Assembly (NCBI GenBank): GCA_904063045.1
Contig: CAJFCJ010000022.1
Coordinates: 186,001 to 250,000, forward strand
Direction: 5' to 3'
DNA length: 64,000 nucleotides
Origin: Dimorphilus gyrociliatus
Taxonomy: Eukaryota; Animalia; Annelida
The translations under genes and the position numbers were made by a program. Of this stretch, positions 29,126-42,879 are shown piece after piece. The notes under the pieces were generated by a model that was given only the letters and a program-made list of their open reading frames with translations, did no database searches and had not been told where the DNA came from. Positions within the stretch are counted from its first letter, which is position 1. Every line of letters begins with the position of its first letter.

Positions 29126-30214
29126 CTGGAGATGGAAGGTTCAACAACTGTAATATAGATTATACATATTCTTTATATCGACTTAGTATTGCACTATATT
29201 GTTTGTAAATGTTCTTTATTACTTTTATTTTATGTTTCTGTACATAATGTAAGATAATGAAAACTTAAATGCCAAAAAATTTCTAAGGTGGATTTTCAGT
29301 TACCTCAGAGTGTATGTCTATAGAAAAAATTGTTTGCATGTGTGAGTGTGCCTTCACATCGGCAGCTATAACCGATTTGTGATTCAATTTTTGTTTGTCA
29401 AAATTGTATGAAAAGCAAAAAGTGTTTCTATTTATATAAATAATTATAAAAGCTAAAATACATGTATATTTTCAAATATACATACACATAAAAGAACATG
29501 AAAAAGGTCTGTTAAATATCAAAAAAGAATCTACATCGCGGAGAAAGATCAGCGGTCCACATCTATTATGTTCTATACATAAATACTATTAATATGTTAA
29601 TATATACATTATATACATACAACGTTTATTGCCTTACATCGATGAATTTAATGATTTTTTCCGTATTAAGACATAGCGGGACGGAGATTCTAGCTCTAGC
29701 TCTATAAATGAATGTCTTGACTGCAATAATCAGCTGTGTAAACATAGGTGCATAAGTGGAAAAGCAGTTACTTAAAGGCGCGCACGAAAATCTGGTTCGT
29801 GTCTTATTAAAATCATGCGAAATTCTAGACCTATGTTACCTGTCTACGGAATCAGTCCTATTGTAAAGATTATCAAGAAGAAAATGCTTTAATTTTCCGT
29901 TTAATATCTATTGAAAAAGTAAAAATATGTTTATAAGAAATTTGCCAACTTAATTTGTGTCCGTTAAATATAAAAAAGCGTTAAAAATAACAAAAATCAC
30001 TTTCTCCATTTCCAATTGAAGTAGTTTTAGACGCCAGTTTAGAATTCATAATATTACTGATAAAAAATACGAACAATAGCTTAAAAGATTTATAAGAAGG
30101 TCCGAGAAGAGAATGATTTACGTAAAAAAAAATCCCAGCTGATATTTGTTTATTTGTATATTCCGTGCACGCTATACGCGTGCCCTAGTATCAACATAGT
30201 ACCGGCTTCAGTGA

Positions 30215-30502
30215 ATGACGTAACGTCTACTATTTAAAGGTCTACAATTCTTACATAGACTTTCAACCGAATTAATAGCTACCTATAAAACAAACTAAAA
30301 TCGTTATTATTACCCACAATCCTCAACCTCCTCCTCCACCCCTCAATCGATCGTTTCGCTTGGAGTAAAATTGGAAGGGGATCGGCCGGTGGGTGGTTGA
30401 TTGGTTGGTTAGTGGGTGTAATTGTTCGATAAAACTATTCGATATAAAACGCCCACCCAACAAATCATAGACAGTGCTATTGGAAAACTTATATTCATGG
30501 GT
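30215..30502 (+). promoter_or_regulatory. Candidate TATA promoter: ATGACGTAA (30215), ATTGG (30400), TATAAAA (30443), possible short first exon ending ATG G|GT at 30500
   Basis: Motif order and spacing seen in sequence; no downstream coding exon was confidently linked. Confidence 0.35.
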
Positions 30503-33500
30503 ATATTTACTTAATATGTTGCATTACTATGTACAACCGCATTTTAAAAATTCGCATTTAATATAGATTATAAAATAAAGGTTGAACGCTCTCATTTAAT
30601 ATCTTATTTCTCTTTTATTCCTTTTTTAACATTGTTTTATACAATTTTATATATACTGTATATAAATTTATTTGTATATATACAATATATCTATATTTAA
30701 TTCAATTTTGAATTTTAGACGCCGACGCAACCGTATTATATAATCAGCTTGATATTCACATGTCATTTGTAAGGTGGATAAATATGCAAAAAATGACTTT
30801 ATATCTGTGTACGGTTCATGCGTATTCGTATTTATACATATACTGTATATACAGTATATATATATATATATATATATGTGTGTATGTGTGTATTCTGTGA
30901 CCTATGTCTTTGACCTTAGTATTTAGACTGGTTAAAAGCATGATCTTCAACCTTCGATGAAGATTATATAAACGCTTTGCTAAGCAGAAAATCCTGAAAA
31001 TTCCCTGACCTCTACCTAAAATCAGCGGTTACCGGATGGCCTATATATTCATACATATACCCAAATGCATATGCATACACCTACGCATGAATAGTTGGGA
31101 CAATTTGAACGGGTAGAAAGAACTTGAATTGACCTGAAGGATTACATCCCTAAATTGAGATTGTTAAATGCATATACAAGCTTAAAAAAGTATCTCTTTC
31201 AAATATCGTTTTATCGTTTAATATCTGAAAAAAAATTTAATAGTAGATTGATAATATCAGTAGGAATTAGTTTAAGCGCCGAAAAAGCTATAAAGATATG
31301 TTTTAGTTTTTTAACTCTGTTTGAATATAATGCAATGCGTAGACCAATTAATTTTACTCATTTAAATTTCATAGATAATAATCATATAATTCTACGGTCC
31401 TTAGCCATTAGATAATGACATATACTTTCCCTCTATCTCACTTTTCCGCTCCCCATTTTCAAGCATCTTTACCTTGGTTCCTTTATCTTGAAAAAAATCT
31501 GCGTGTTCAACAATGTTAGAGGTCACAAGGTCATATTAATCATGCACTTTTTCTCATTTTTCTTCAATGATTTATAGGAATTTTGAACAATCATTTTTCT
31601 CTTTTAATACAAAAAAAGATCAAATATACTAGTGCGGACGACAGTACTCTCAATCCGTAAATTATACAGATAGCTCTTCAATCGATTCTAAATCCACTTA
31701 GGTGGGGATCATGACCTGAATTCCTTCCTTTCAACAAGTCATATACAATAAATTTTAAACAAGGTTTTTTTTTTATTTTTCTATTAATTTAAAGAGAAAG
31801 AAGAACTAGACCAAAATCAAAGTATAAGTAGTGTCTAGACCTAATTAAACACGAGGGAAATTTCCAATTTTTATATACGAATTGATCGTAATATACTGTT
31901 TAAGCTTTCTTGTTTTCAATTCATACGCGTCACGATCGATCATAACCTGAATTAGCTTAGACGATATCTTCTCTCATTCTCTCTGTCTGTCTGTCTATCT
32001 GTCTATTTCTCGCACTTTAGGAAGAAAGAACTTTGCTAATTGTCTTCTACTTTTTATTCGGATTTATAAACTTGCTGGAACATATCAAAAGATGTAACGA
32101 TATTCTCAATGGGATTCTAATAGATAGTGTTCCGTTTTCATTCCATTCAGCGAGCGATACCTATCTTAGTCCTAAATCTGTAAGGGTAGCTAGAGAATTA
32201 GGGACTTTGCGTCTTTCTAAAGAAGTAAATTATTAAATGAAAAGCACAAAATAGGTAAACAAAAATAGTTCACTGTTCAATGTACTTTAAAATTTTTACG
32301 ATGTAATAAATTTCAAGTAAATTCTCAGCGACGCTTTTTTAATGAAAGTGCACTAGCGATAGGCTATTAAAAAATCATTCATTACCCTTTAAGTTTTTAA
32401 ACGACACCTTAAGCTACACATTTAGCCTATTTATACTTTTGATAAGTATATACTAGTCTCAAAAAAAGTAATCTACAAAAAGAGAAAAGTTTTTAGGGCT
32501 CTTAATCGGTGAAACAGCTATCGCTACAAAGAGATAGAATTAAAACAAGTCTCAAGGGGTGACGCCCTCACATGTACTAGAATTCAATTTCCACAGTTGC
32601 ACAAAAAGGTTTGTGTAAAAATAATTTGACCTATAACCTTTAAAAATTTGTAAATTTTTAAAGCAACTACTTTACTGGAACATCAACAAATACTTATTAA
32701 CTTTAAAACGAAAAAAAAAGGAAAATTAGCTGGAGAGATAATTACTACTGCAGGTAGAAGACATAAAGCCCTTCATTGTTCATGTATTGATTAAAATCAT
32801 CGTGAAAAAGAATTTTTCAACTTCCAGCCTATTCAATTAAGGGGTTGCGAGACGCCGTCGACGCAAGGGTCGGTAAGCAGACAAAAGATCGGACAAATAT
32901 GCACATTTGGGGCAGCATCTAATCGAATTTAGACGCCGGCCAGCCTCTATAGACGCCGCTGATAATTATGTAAATTTTCACCCACCGACCGTCAGGCAGG
33001 AGAGTAAGCTAATTTCGTTTTTCATACCAAGAGTCTGGGTATTTTACGGTAGAGTTTTTACTTTTGAATTTTGATCTTGCGAAACTTTCTGCCCGACCTT
33101 TCACAAGTTAGTACAACTGATCAAGGTCATTAAAGGTGGAAACGTCCTAGAAATAATTATACATAGAAAAATTGTAGACTGTTAGGGAAAGACTAAACTA
33201 ATTTAAAAGCTGAATTTGTCACCAAATTTCTTTAATTTTACATAATTTATTATAAAAGAAGCTTTAAATTTCCATCATTTATTATGGGTTTAAAAGAACT
33301 CGAAATATGCTCTTTATTAACGATAATTAATCAATACTGCACCCAGGATAAAAACAGAGGCATTTATTTTTTGTATTTTGTCAATTTTCTTTGTCATGAC
33401 TAATAAGAGAAAAGAGGAGATTGAAATGTATGAAAAGAGAGTCAGAAATAGGGAGAAAGAGGCAGACAGAGAGAGAGAGAGAAAGAGAAATCAGTCAAAG

Positions 33501-34633
33501 AACTTTATTGATAAAAGACTTATGAAAAAATAATAACATATACTTTTTCTTGTATTGATAAAAAAGACTATAATAAGAATTATGTGAATTTATATTCGTT
33601 TCTTTTTTTTTCACTTCTTTCCCTTTTCTTCGTAATAATGATTTATCTATCAACTTGCGTCACATAAGTTAAATCACATTATTTATTCAAGAATAGCCTT
33701 CTCCGTTGAAAAGTCATATAAATTATTTAAGGAATTGTAAATAATCATCCTACGGATACTTTTAATTACAAACCGCTTGATCAGTAGCGACTAATCGCCT
33801 CGTTAAACGAAGCGCGAAGAAGGGCGTCTATCAGACGCCTCCGATCGTTTTCCAATCGCCTCATTATGCGGGATTCACAAGTCGATTTCTCGAGGGTCGT
33901 CCAATAATCGAGTACGTGGTTGTTGCCTGAAAACAAATTGTTGGAGAGTTGTTTACTAGAAAGGAGTTAATTCTCAGAATAGTCACGTGACTATCTTAAA
34001 AACTTTTTCGATTTGCAATTGAACATAGTAGATTTTCGGATTAGTTGAAGATATAATAAACTCGGCATTTGAGTATAAACTCTAAAATAAGTTCAAGTAG
34101 AAGACAGAAAAAGACAATGTAAAAGTCATAAATAATAGATATGTATGCATTTATCACGGAATGTACCAAGTAATTAAAAGTATACTCCCGACAGAGGGGA
34201 GAAATGGTGTGACCTCACACAAAAATCATTTTTGATAGCCTTTTGCCGATTATAATCCTTTAAATAGTATTTGCTACAGAGTTTGTAAATAATAATCAAA
34301 CATATTGTACTGTATATTAATTTGAAATCAACTAATCTTTAAATACACAAAACTATATAGCCATATGCGATATGTTTATTCAATTATATCAACTCGCTTC
34401 TCATTGCTTGCCACTGATTTTGTTGTCGATGGATGATGTTTATTAATATAAAAATTAAATACCATTTTATATAGTAATCTAAAAGGTATTTGAGGTGGAT
34501 CTACATAGACTTATGAATTTTACATATTAAAGGAATATTAGAAAGTGTAGCATTTAATCTTTTCATTAAATTGCTAACTGCAAAATAGTGTAGCCCGTCT
34601 CCCTCTGCTTCCCCAATTCACGTGGTTCCATCG

Positions 34634-34660
<27 letters not shown>
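34634..34660. repeat. (TC)n microsatellite; one of many GA/TC, TA and CA microsatellites in the window
   Basis: Directly visible. Confidence 0.95.
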
Positions 34661-34666
<6 letters not shown>

Positions 34667-37600
34667 AACTTTTCTTGCTTGCCATTGTCCTTCCTTTCGA
34701 AAGATATTTTGTTTTTCATTTTGCTTATAATTACCTCTATCGAGACTGTTGTAAAAACTCTTTAAGAGGGAGTGTTTGTTTCTATGAATAATGTTATATT
34801 ATATTCAATTAGTTAATGCCAAATTGGGGTTGTATATGTACTAGTATTTGTACTGAATTTTTTTTAATAATTTCTCTTTATAAATAGATTTTGGATGGGC
34901 CTAAAGACGGCGGTCAAACGCTGGGAGAACGGAAACAACAACAAAGAAAGATAGGGAAAAATACTGAAAAAGAGTAAGAAACAAACGAACGCTGTAGTTA
35001 TTTATAATACATTTTAACAAGGAAGACTGTTTATCTATTATCGATAAAAAAAATATAATTATCACTTTCTTTTTTACGCTAGCAGCAAATTCGTATTCAA
35101 AATGGTGTCCATCCTGCTTTCGGTTTTCCTATATACAAGAGATTAATGTTATCGACGCGGAAACGCAAGTTCGTATTGATCGGTAGGCGGCCAATTTGCT
35201 ACCTTTTTCCGGGGAGTTTATTTTTTAAACAAAAAATTATTATGTGTCTATTTTATTTCAAAGTCACTTTTATAATAATTAGTTAAATGGGCGTATCCTA
35301 TTTTTGGAACAGCAAAATATGACCTGGATTTGGTAGCAAGGGTGTATACAAGATTTTGCTTCCATAGTTGGTAAAATTTTATTACATCGTTGTTTGTAGT
35401 AACTACCTAACTACCCTCTGGATTCTTCAAGATCTTTAAAAATCTACCTTACGGTTAAAAACGAGCCTAAGGCTTTAATGTCAATTTCGTGTCCAATAAA
35501 GAGGCGTTACCTATTATGTAATAATGTTTCTTTCTCTTTCATTCTAGAAATGTTTCAGAAATCCCCTCATCAATCATTTGGTCAGAATTTAGATCAGAAA
35601 ATAAGATGAAAATTTGCCCTAGTTTTATGGTCTAGAAAGTAACCTCGGGGTTTTGAGACCAAAATAGTTGATAACTGTGTCAAGTAGGGGTCAGTCTGTT
35701 ATTTCTTCTGCCTCTTATTCATCCTCTTGATGGCGGGCACTCATCTTCGTCAATGTTTTTGTCACGTGGAAATGTTGATGTCAAATATTGATCAATTGGT
35801 ACAAGTTCCCTATAACACGTGTTTTGCCTATGAAGAGATGAATTCGAGACGATTTTAAACGATATCCTCATTGCAAGTAACAGGCCTAGCTCCAGTTAAA
35901 ATAAAATGGCAGAATAATGTCGTATTCTACGAAAAAACAAGACGCGATGAGTAAACAACAAATCTAATTAGTCTAAATCTAGACCAGCCAAACCACCTGG
36001 TCACATGATTGAAGCGTCATATTTTATTCAACGAGCTGGATCATTGAAGTGTATTCAATAAAGGAGAAATCTGGGCCTATAGAACAGATGGCTCGAAGTA
36101 GATTATCTTTGTTATAATCTAGTTCAACTCAGGCGATGTTTAAAAAAGGATTACTCTGAAGTAATTTTACTATCTAAACAATATAATTTCTCTTGTAAAA
36201 TTTTAGCTTAGATGCTTGACAAAGAAACATCTTCTTGAAAAAAAAACAAAATCAGGAATAGTTTTGATCACGTGATGAAATCATCGATTTTTTTGAAGGT
36301 TCCCTCGAAGAAGCTGGGCCTACAACTACTACCAGTAGTAGTAGTAGTTGTAGTAGTGCACCTGATGCGCTTTGGGCATGCTCATGTGATTCTGTCGCGA
36401 CTTAATTTGAATAATAACAGTAATAATAGAAATTTGGATGATAAAAATAACAACACAAAGTTTCCCAGATATGTTTATTGAAATGTAGAATATGTGTAGA
36501 GTATATTCTTTGTATATACATAGCGAAATGTATGAAAAAGAGCAGTACAACGTTAATAAAATGATAAACGAAATGCCTAGCTTTTAAAGTGTTATACATT
36601 GTATTATATATATAATATGAAACCATAATTAATGGTCATTTATATTATTATCAAAAGCGTAAACAATATAAAGAAATACAACTGTAGTGTAAACTTTAGA
36701 CATATACAAATCCGCAAATGTATTGCTGCTGTATTTCTTATTATAATCTATATATATACAGTATACTGTATATACTAATATATCTATATATATATGTATA
36801 TATATATAAGTTGTATATTTAGCAATTCTTTTCATGAAATATCAATAAATCATCGCACTCTTGGCGTATTCGCTACGTGAAATAGTTCAGACTGTCGGGA
36901 GCTACAAAGAACCCAGAAACCCAATTAACCAACCACGTGATCTGATTTTACAAGTATATATATGTGGACGAGACCAAATGACTAAATGTTTTAACTTCGT
37001 GCAACTATTACAATGCGAAGTTTTTCAATATTCCTTAACGGAAAAAGTAAATTAATTATGCGGTCTAATAGTGGCTTTCGAGGCCTAGATTTGTTTCTAT
37101 TCTATCCAATTGACACCGTCTAGATGTATTCTTTATGTTTCTTTTATTAGTTAAATGACCAAGTTACTTTAAATTTCCTAACAACTGAGGTAGGAAAATC
37201 GATAGAAAATCTTTCTCTTAATTAAGATTAAGCATGTTTTGCCTAATCTCAACAACACGAATATTTATCTGTTTTAAATAAGTATAAATAAGCTATAACT
37301 TTATCCTTCTTCCTATTCTTTCCTTACTTTAGTTGAAGACTTCTTTTTGAAAGCTTCTGGCTGGAGCTTTAAGCCCGAAACGTCAAAGGAAGGCTATACT
37401 TTATTAACAATTTATGCTTGCTTTATTTTTCCTCTTTTGATAATAGAAATAAAAAACAATAAATAAATAAACAAATAAGTAAATAAGCGAATGAATAGAA
37501 GACTATTTGTTTTGTTTTTGTCTAGTTGTACTAAGATTTTAAGACTAGAGAGAGCATTTGAGGTTAATATTCTCAATATTCTTTTGTATAAAAGAATAGC

Positions 37601-40600
37601 AAAATGTGAGTTGTCTCTCCATCCCTACTCCCTAATAAGATGACGCTTTCAGGATAAAATATGACAAAACTGATTAGCAGATTATCATGATTATTTGACA
37701 TGTAGGAAAAAAAAAAGTCTGAATTTTTTTTACCCGTTTTTATTTGTCTATTTTAACTTAATTGATGAGAAATTGAAGTAATAATACATAAAAAAAGATA
37801 ATAAAAAACCATCTAATCTATAAATCTATAAATTATTATAATAAAAATAGGGGAGAAACGTTAATTTAAAGGTAAGTTTTCTTCATAAAAAAAAAAAAAA
37901 AAAAACAGCGAACAAGAGAATTAGAGATAAAAATTTTTTATTATCGTACAAAGTTAACAGTTTCGTAACACAAAGCGAAATAACAAAAACACGAAAAGAT
38001 TGAATGAAAATTACATTTCTTATTTCTCTCTTTCTCCTTTTCCTACAATTTTAGAAAACAGGATGATTATGACGGAGAGAAAAAAAATACACATTTATTT
38101 TTTTTTCAGTAGTCATGTGATCGAGGGTCGTACTTTCCCAGACAGACGCTCACGTGACCATTCGAAAGAATTCGGTCAGACAGCGCCACTGTCTAGACTA
38201 CAGGCGGTGAAATGTTCTCGATATGCTCGATACATATATGTCTCTATATAAATATATGTAATATGTTAAGTCATATAGAAGCGATAATACATAAAATATA
38301 TAGAATATCTTTATATACATATTAACAGATATACACACACACATATATATATATATATATACTGATATAAATGTAGGAATTAATTATAATGCACATATGT
38401 ATATGTTATAGGAATAAACATGTAAATTTCTTGTTAAATATAATGACATAGACATTTATTTCTACATAAGATAAATATAGAACATATATATTTATAGAAA
38501 ATTTATATTCTACAAGCTGTAAAAATTCCTAAAAAAAATAGTCGCAACATCTGTCCACCAACGCCCACGTCTGACTTAAAAAATTATATAGGGCAATTAA
38601 AAGGGTGTAAATGCATAACAGCAATATGAAAATAAAGCCACTAACGAAAAAGAGACGCCTTTCACGTCATCACATTTTTTTTGGAGGGAAAAAGGGTGAT
38701 AGCACACGGTCTGGCATTTTGCCAAAACGTAGACGCGTTTGGCGTTTAGCCAAGTCTGGTCGGCAAGGCGACGGCATAATACCGTCTACAGCTGGTTAGG
38801 CGATTACAGCGCCCCCACATAAACAAGAATAGTAGGGTCAAAAAAAAGCATTACCCTCAATACTAACAGCTGTATATCCGTTTTGGGTATTGTATTCAAT
38901 TACAGGCAGTGTTTGTCAACATGTCATACAACTGTAGGAGACAAAATGGATAGAATAGAATATAAAAACATAGTCACAGCAGATTTCATAAAGAAGCGGA
39001 CGTCGTAAGCTTGTTATGTGTGTAAGGAAAGAAATAAGTTGAAAGCTGATATGACCGATTGCGGATCCAATATATATATATATATAACGGTTTAAAGATA
39101 TAATACGCAATTTCGTACGAATTCTCATTCAACTCCAAACAAATTAATCTGATAAAAACAATTCTCAATAAATTTCACATCAAGATAATCGCCGTTAACT
39201 AACTGGAAATAGTGTGAAGAGAGGAAAAGAAAAAGAAAGAAAGAAAGAGAGATAGAGAACGAGTGAGGGACTTGGAGATGTCTTACAAGATACAACTGAA
39301 TGTTGCCTATTTCTATAGGCCAAACGAAAACAAAGCAAGCAATCGAACTAATTACATGCAAATTAAATTGATAAGAATAAATAGATATCCCAATAAAAAA
39401 GCTGCATCGAAATTATTACTTTAGATAAAGAAAAACGTGTAAAGGCAAGCAAATGACTGAAATGAATGAATTGAAGCAAAAAGAAAACTGTATTGTTGAT
39501 AATAAAATATAAGCAAAATAGAAGCCCCTTTCAACACATTATATTATCGGTGTAACAAAAGAAACAATCAAGCGGTCGTGCTTAAACCAGCCAATTCATT
39601 CATAAGCAACAGGGATATGTGTTCATGCAAGAAATTGCTTTGTTATACCAAATCATCTGAAAAATTGACATCTAATTCAAGTTTAAACACCTTACAAGCT
39701 TTTTCTTTAAGAAATATATAGATACAAATCATTAAATAAACTATAAAAATCTGGCCAAACAACTTGATAGAATAGGAGTAAAAACTTATTTATATTTTAA
39801 CTTTTCACTTTGCATATAATTGGAATTTTCTGTTAAATAATTAAACTAAAATGGGAAAGGAAAATGTTAATTTTTAAAAACTAAACCAAGGTTATTTAGT
39901 GTTTGACTGCGGATATAATGCTGTACAAACTAGCTAAGCAGCAATATAAGCACGCAGAACAGAAAGAAAGACTGAAAGACTCTGCAAGAAAGACGTCGTT
40001 GTCGGCTGCATACGCATTCATAAAGTGACAGCCGACTTGCAGAGTTTTCCAACTTCGGTGTCCAGTTCATTTATAAAATTATCACGTCTGAGCGTCATAG
40101 AGAAATTTAGCAAGGGGCTCATAGTTGAACTTTACCATATTAGTCTACCGCAAGATTGTGCTGTAGGATCATTATCTCAAAACAAACACTACAAAGAATC
40201 GTGAGACGCATCTATAGTGAAAAAATAAAGGGAAGAAATTTCTTTGTATGGTATTTTTTGTTGTTGAAGATCGGAAGAATATAAGACGATATAGATAGCT
40301 CAGTTGGAGTGATATAATCAAAATTTTTAACTCTTTTCAATACAAATCTGTATAGATTTTGTATAGGTAAAAAAAATTCTTTTACAAACAAACTACACGA
40401 AGTTTATGAAAGATAATTAAATGTCATCTGCTAAATATGAAATTCTCATCATTCTCTTTCTCTCTTTTTTACGTGTTTGTCCAAAAATTCTAAGTCATAA
40501 TAATTAATTGATTTATCTGTACTATACTCTATATACATACAATTAATGATACAAACTATATAACGTTCCCAGCCTATTCGAAATTAATTTTCTACAAAGT

Positions 40601-42848
40601 TTGCCTTGTTTGTCCAGACTTTTTATACTCCTTTCATATTTATATTTCCTCAATTGAGGAAAGGAAAGGGAGCGGTATTGGCAAGGTTATGAAAGATGGA
40701 AAAGAGAGTTGCGAAATTGTAAGCGCTAGTTTTCCTCTTTTTTTTTAGGAAAGGCAAACATAAAGTTTGGAAAAATCTATTTCGTGAGAAAAAGATACAG
40801 TATAAGCAAAAATTTCGCTGTTGGGTCAAGAGCCTCGCAGAAACTAATCACTTATTCATTGCACGCTTAACGAACCGTAAGCGTTACTTTTCGCTGGCGT
40901 CCATTCGTTATTTTTACAACTCTTCACCTTGCTAGCTGTTAATAATGTAGATTTTGCCCGATCAATATCAGTACGTATTGAAAACAGATTCACGCCACTG
41001 AAAAATTCGATTTTACACTCAATCGACTTGAACATTAACACAAGCTTGTACACTCTTGAATAATTGTTTCCATTCCACAGATTAGTGAATTATATAATTC
41101 ATAGTAATATTAAAAAGTGATCGTTTCAGCCCAGACGGCGCCATTGGGACACGAGATCGTTAGATCTGAATATATTGAAAGTACTTTCATACTCTGTATC
41201 ATGATACTACAGTTGTTTTAGAAAAGTTTCTGCATTGGGACAGAGGTGTTGGCTAATACGACTAATTAAAGGCATCCGAATTACTATCGACAGCTACGTA
41301 GTCGACGCATAAAGAGTCCTATTAATAGCTTAATGTCTGGTGTCATGCAAAACATCCATGACTTTTAAGTAAGGTTTTTATCACGTGATGTAATCAATTT
41401 GCAGTAAATTCGGTTGATAAAAGTGTTCTGTATGTTTAGATAAGATCATCATTTATTGCTACGATGAGATTTTGTTCACGACTCGGTTAACCGAGTCATG
41501 CAGATGGGTCGTTTGTTTACCAGGCAAATATTACGCTGACTAAATGACCCATGAATGAGACAATTAATCTAGATAGGAAAATTATAGTAGTTTCAGTCTA
41601 GTTTCTCATCACAAACCAATTTTCCTTTCTCATATCTGCTCTCTTTAATTTTTAATACTTTACTCTATTAGGTTATTTTCCCCAAACACTTGATCAATGT
41701 ACGCTTTAGCATTTTATCTATTCAAGTCTTACAGACTAGACAAACAAGAATTAAATGATAAGGTTAAAATAAGCAATAAGAAAAGAGGAATGAGGAGAAA
41801 GAGCGAGAGAGGGAGAAGCTTTATGTGTTTTCCTCCCCGTATACCCCAGGAGAGTTCTTAATTCTATAATAGTTTAGTCTAATTATTGAAATATTCACTT
41901 ATACATAAAAGGCAGTATATTCATCCAAGCAGCAACATTCATATTAAAGTAAACAGACTGGTACAGAGACTAATAAGAAAATACAGATAGAATGTAACTT
42001 TTGGGATTGTTACATTGTTGTATTGTTAGCGTAATTGTTTCCTTATGCCTTTAAGTTTGATTAATTGGTAGGGAGGAGGGGGAGAAGAAAAAGTATACAA
42101 CGATCAGGAAGGGAAAAACTATTATAACACTCACTTTGATAAAGTGCAAAGAAAAATAGAAGCGTTTAATGGTCGCTGAAAGACATTAGATATTCTAGTA
42201 ACGCCAATCTTGATAAATGGGCCGATTGTAAACAAAATAGGGACGCACACGAGTACAACATCTTTTGTTGACTGGATATGGTCGGTGTAGTGTTTCGGCC
42301 TTAAAAGCAGCTTGTTAGTTAAACGTTGATGGGATAATAGATAATTATATAGAAAATATATCAACCATCTAAAGACGGGTTCAGAACGACAAGCATTCGG
42401 TTGATGAACAATTGTAGACAGATAGTAAGTCAACAGATATATTTCGTGACAACTATCCGTTTCATGGGGCTAATGTTTAAACGTTAAGTCTTCTATATAA
42501 TGCATTTGTCTTTTCATTGTTTCAATTTCCGATAATAGAATTTATTTACAAGATAGTTTAATTATACAAGACGGAAACTGGTAAAGATATTTCTGCTTAT
42601 TGTTCAAGAACTTTTTAACTTTTCAACTGTTAATCCCATAATTGCAGATTATTCATAATAATTATTATTTATTAATGGAATGTGTTCAAACGGATTAAAT
42701 ACATTTCTTTTTATATATAGTATATTTCTTCATTATTTCTTCATTATTTCTTCATTGTTTATTTATTTATGCATAAAGTAATATTTTGAAATAATTATCT
42801 AGATTATTATTAAATTTGATATGCAAAATAAATGAAAATGAGACCGTT

Positions 42849-42879
<31 letters not shown>

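Noticed and set aside
28728-29147. 139-aa minus-strand ORF
   Set aside because: Antisense to TFAP4 exon 3.
40001-40040. Hairpin GTCGGCTG...CAGCCGAC
   Set aside because: Only 8-11 bp of stem, too short for a pre-miRNA; no known ncRNA motif.
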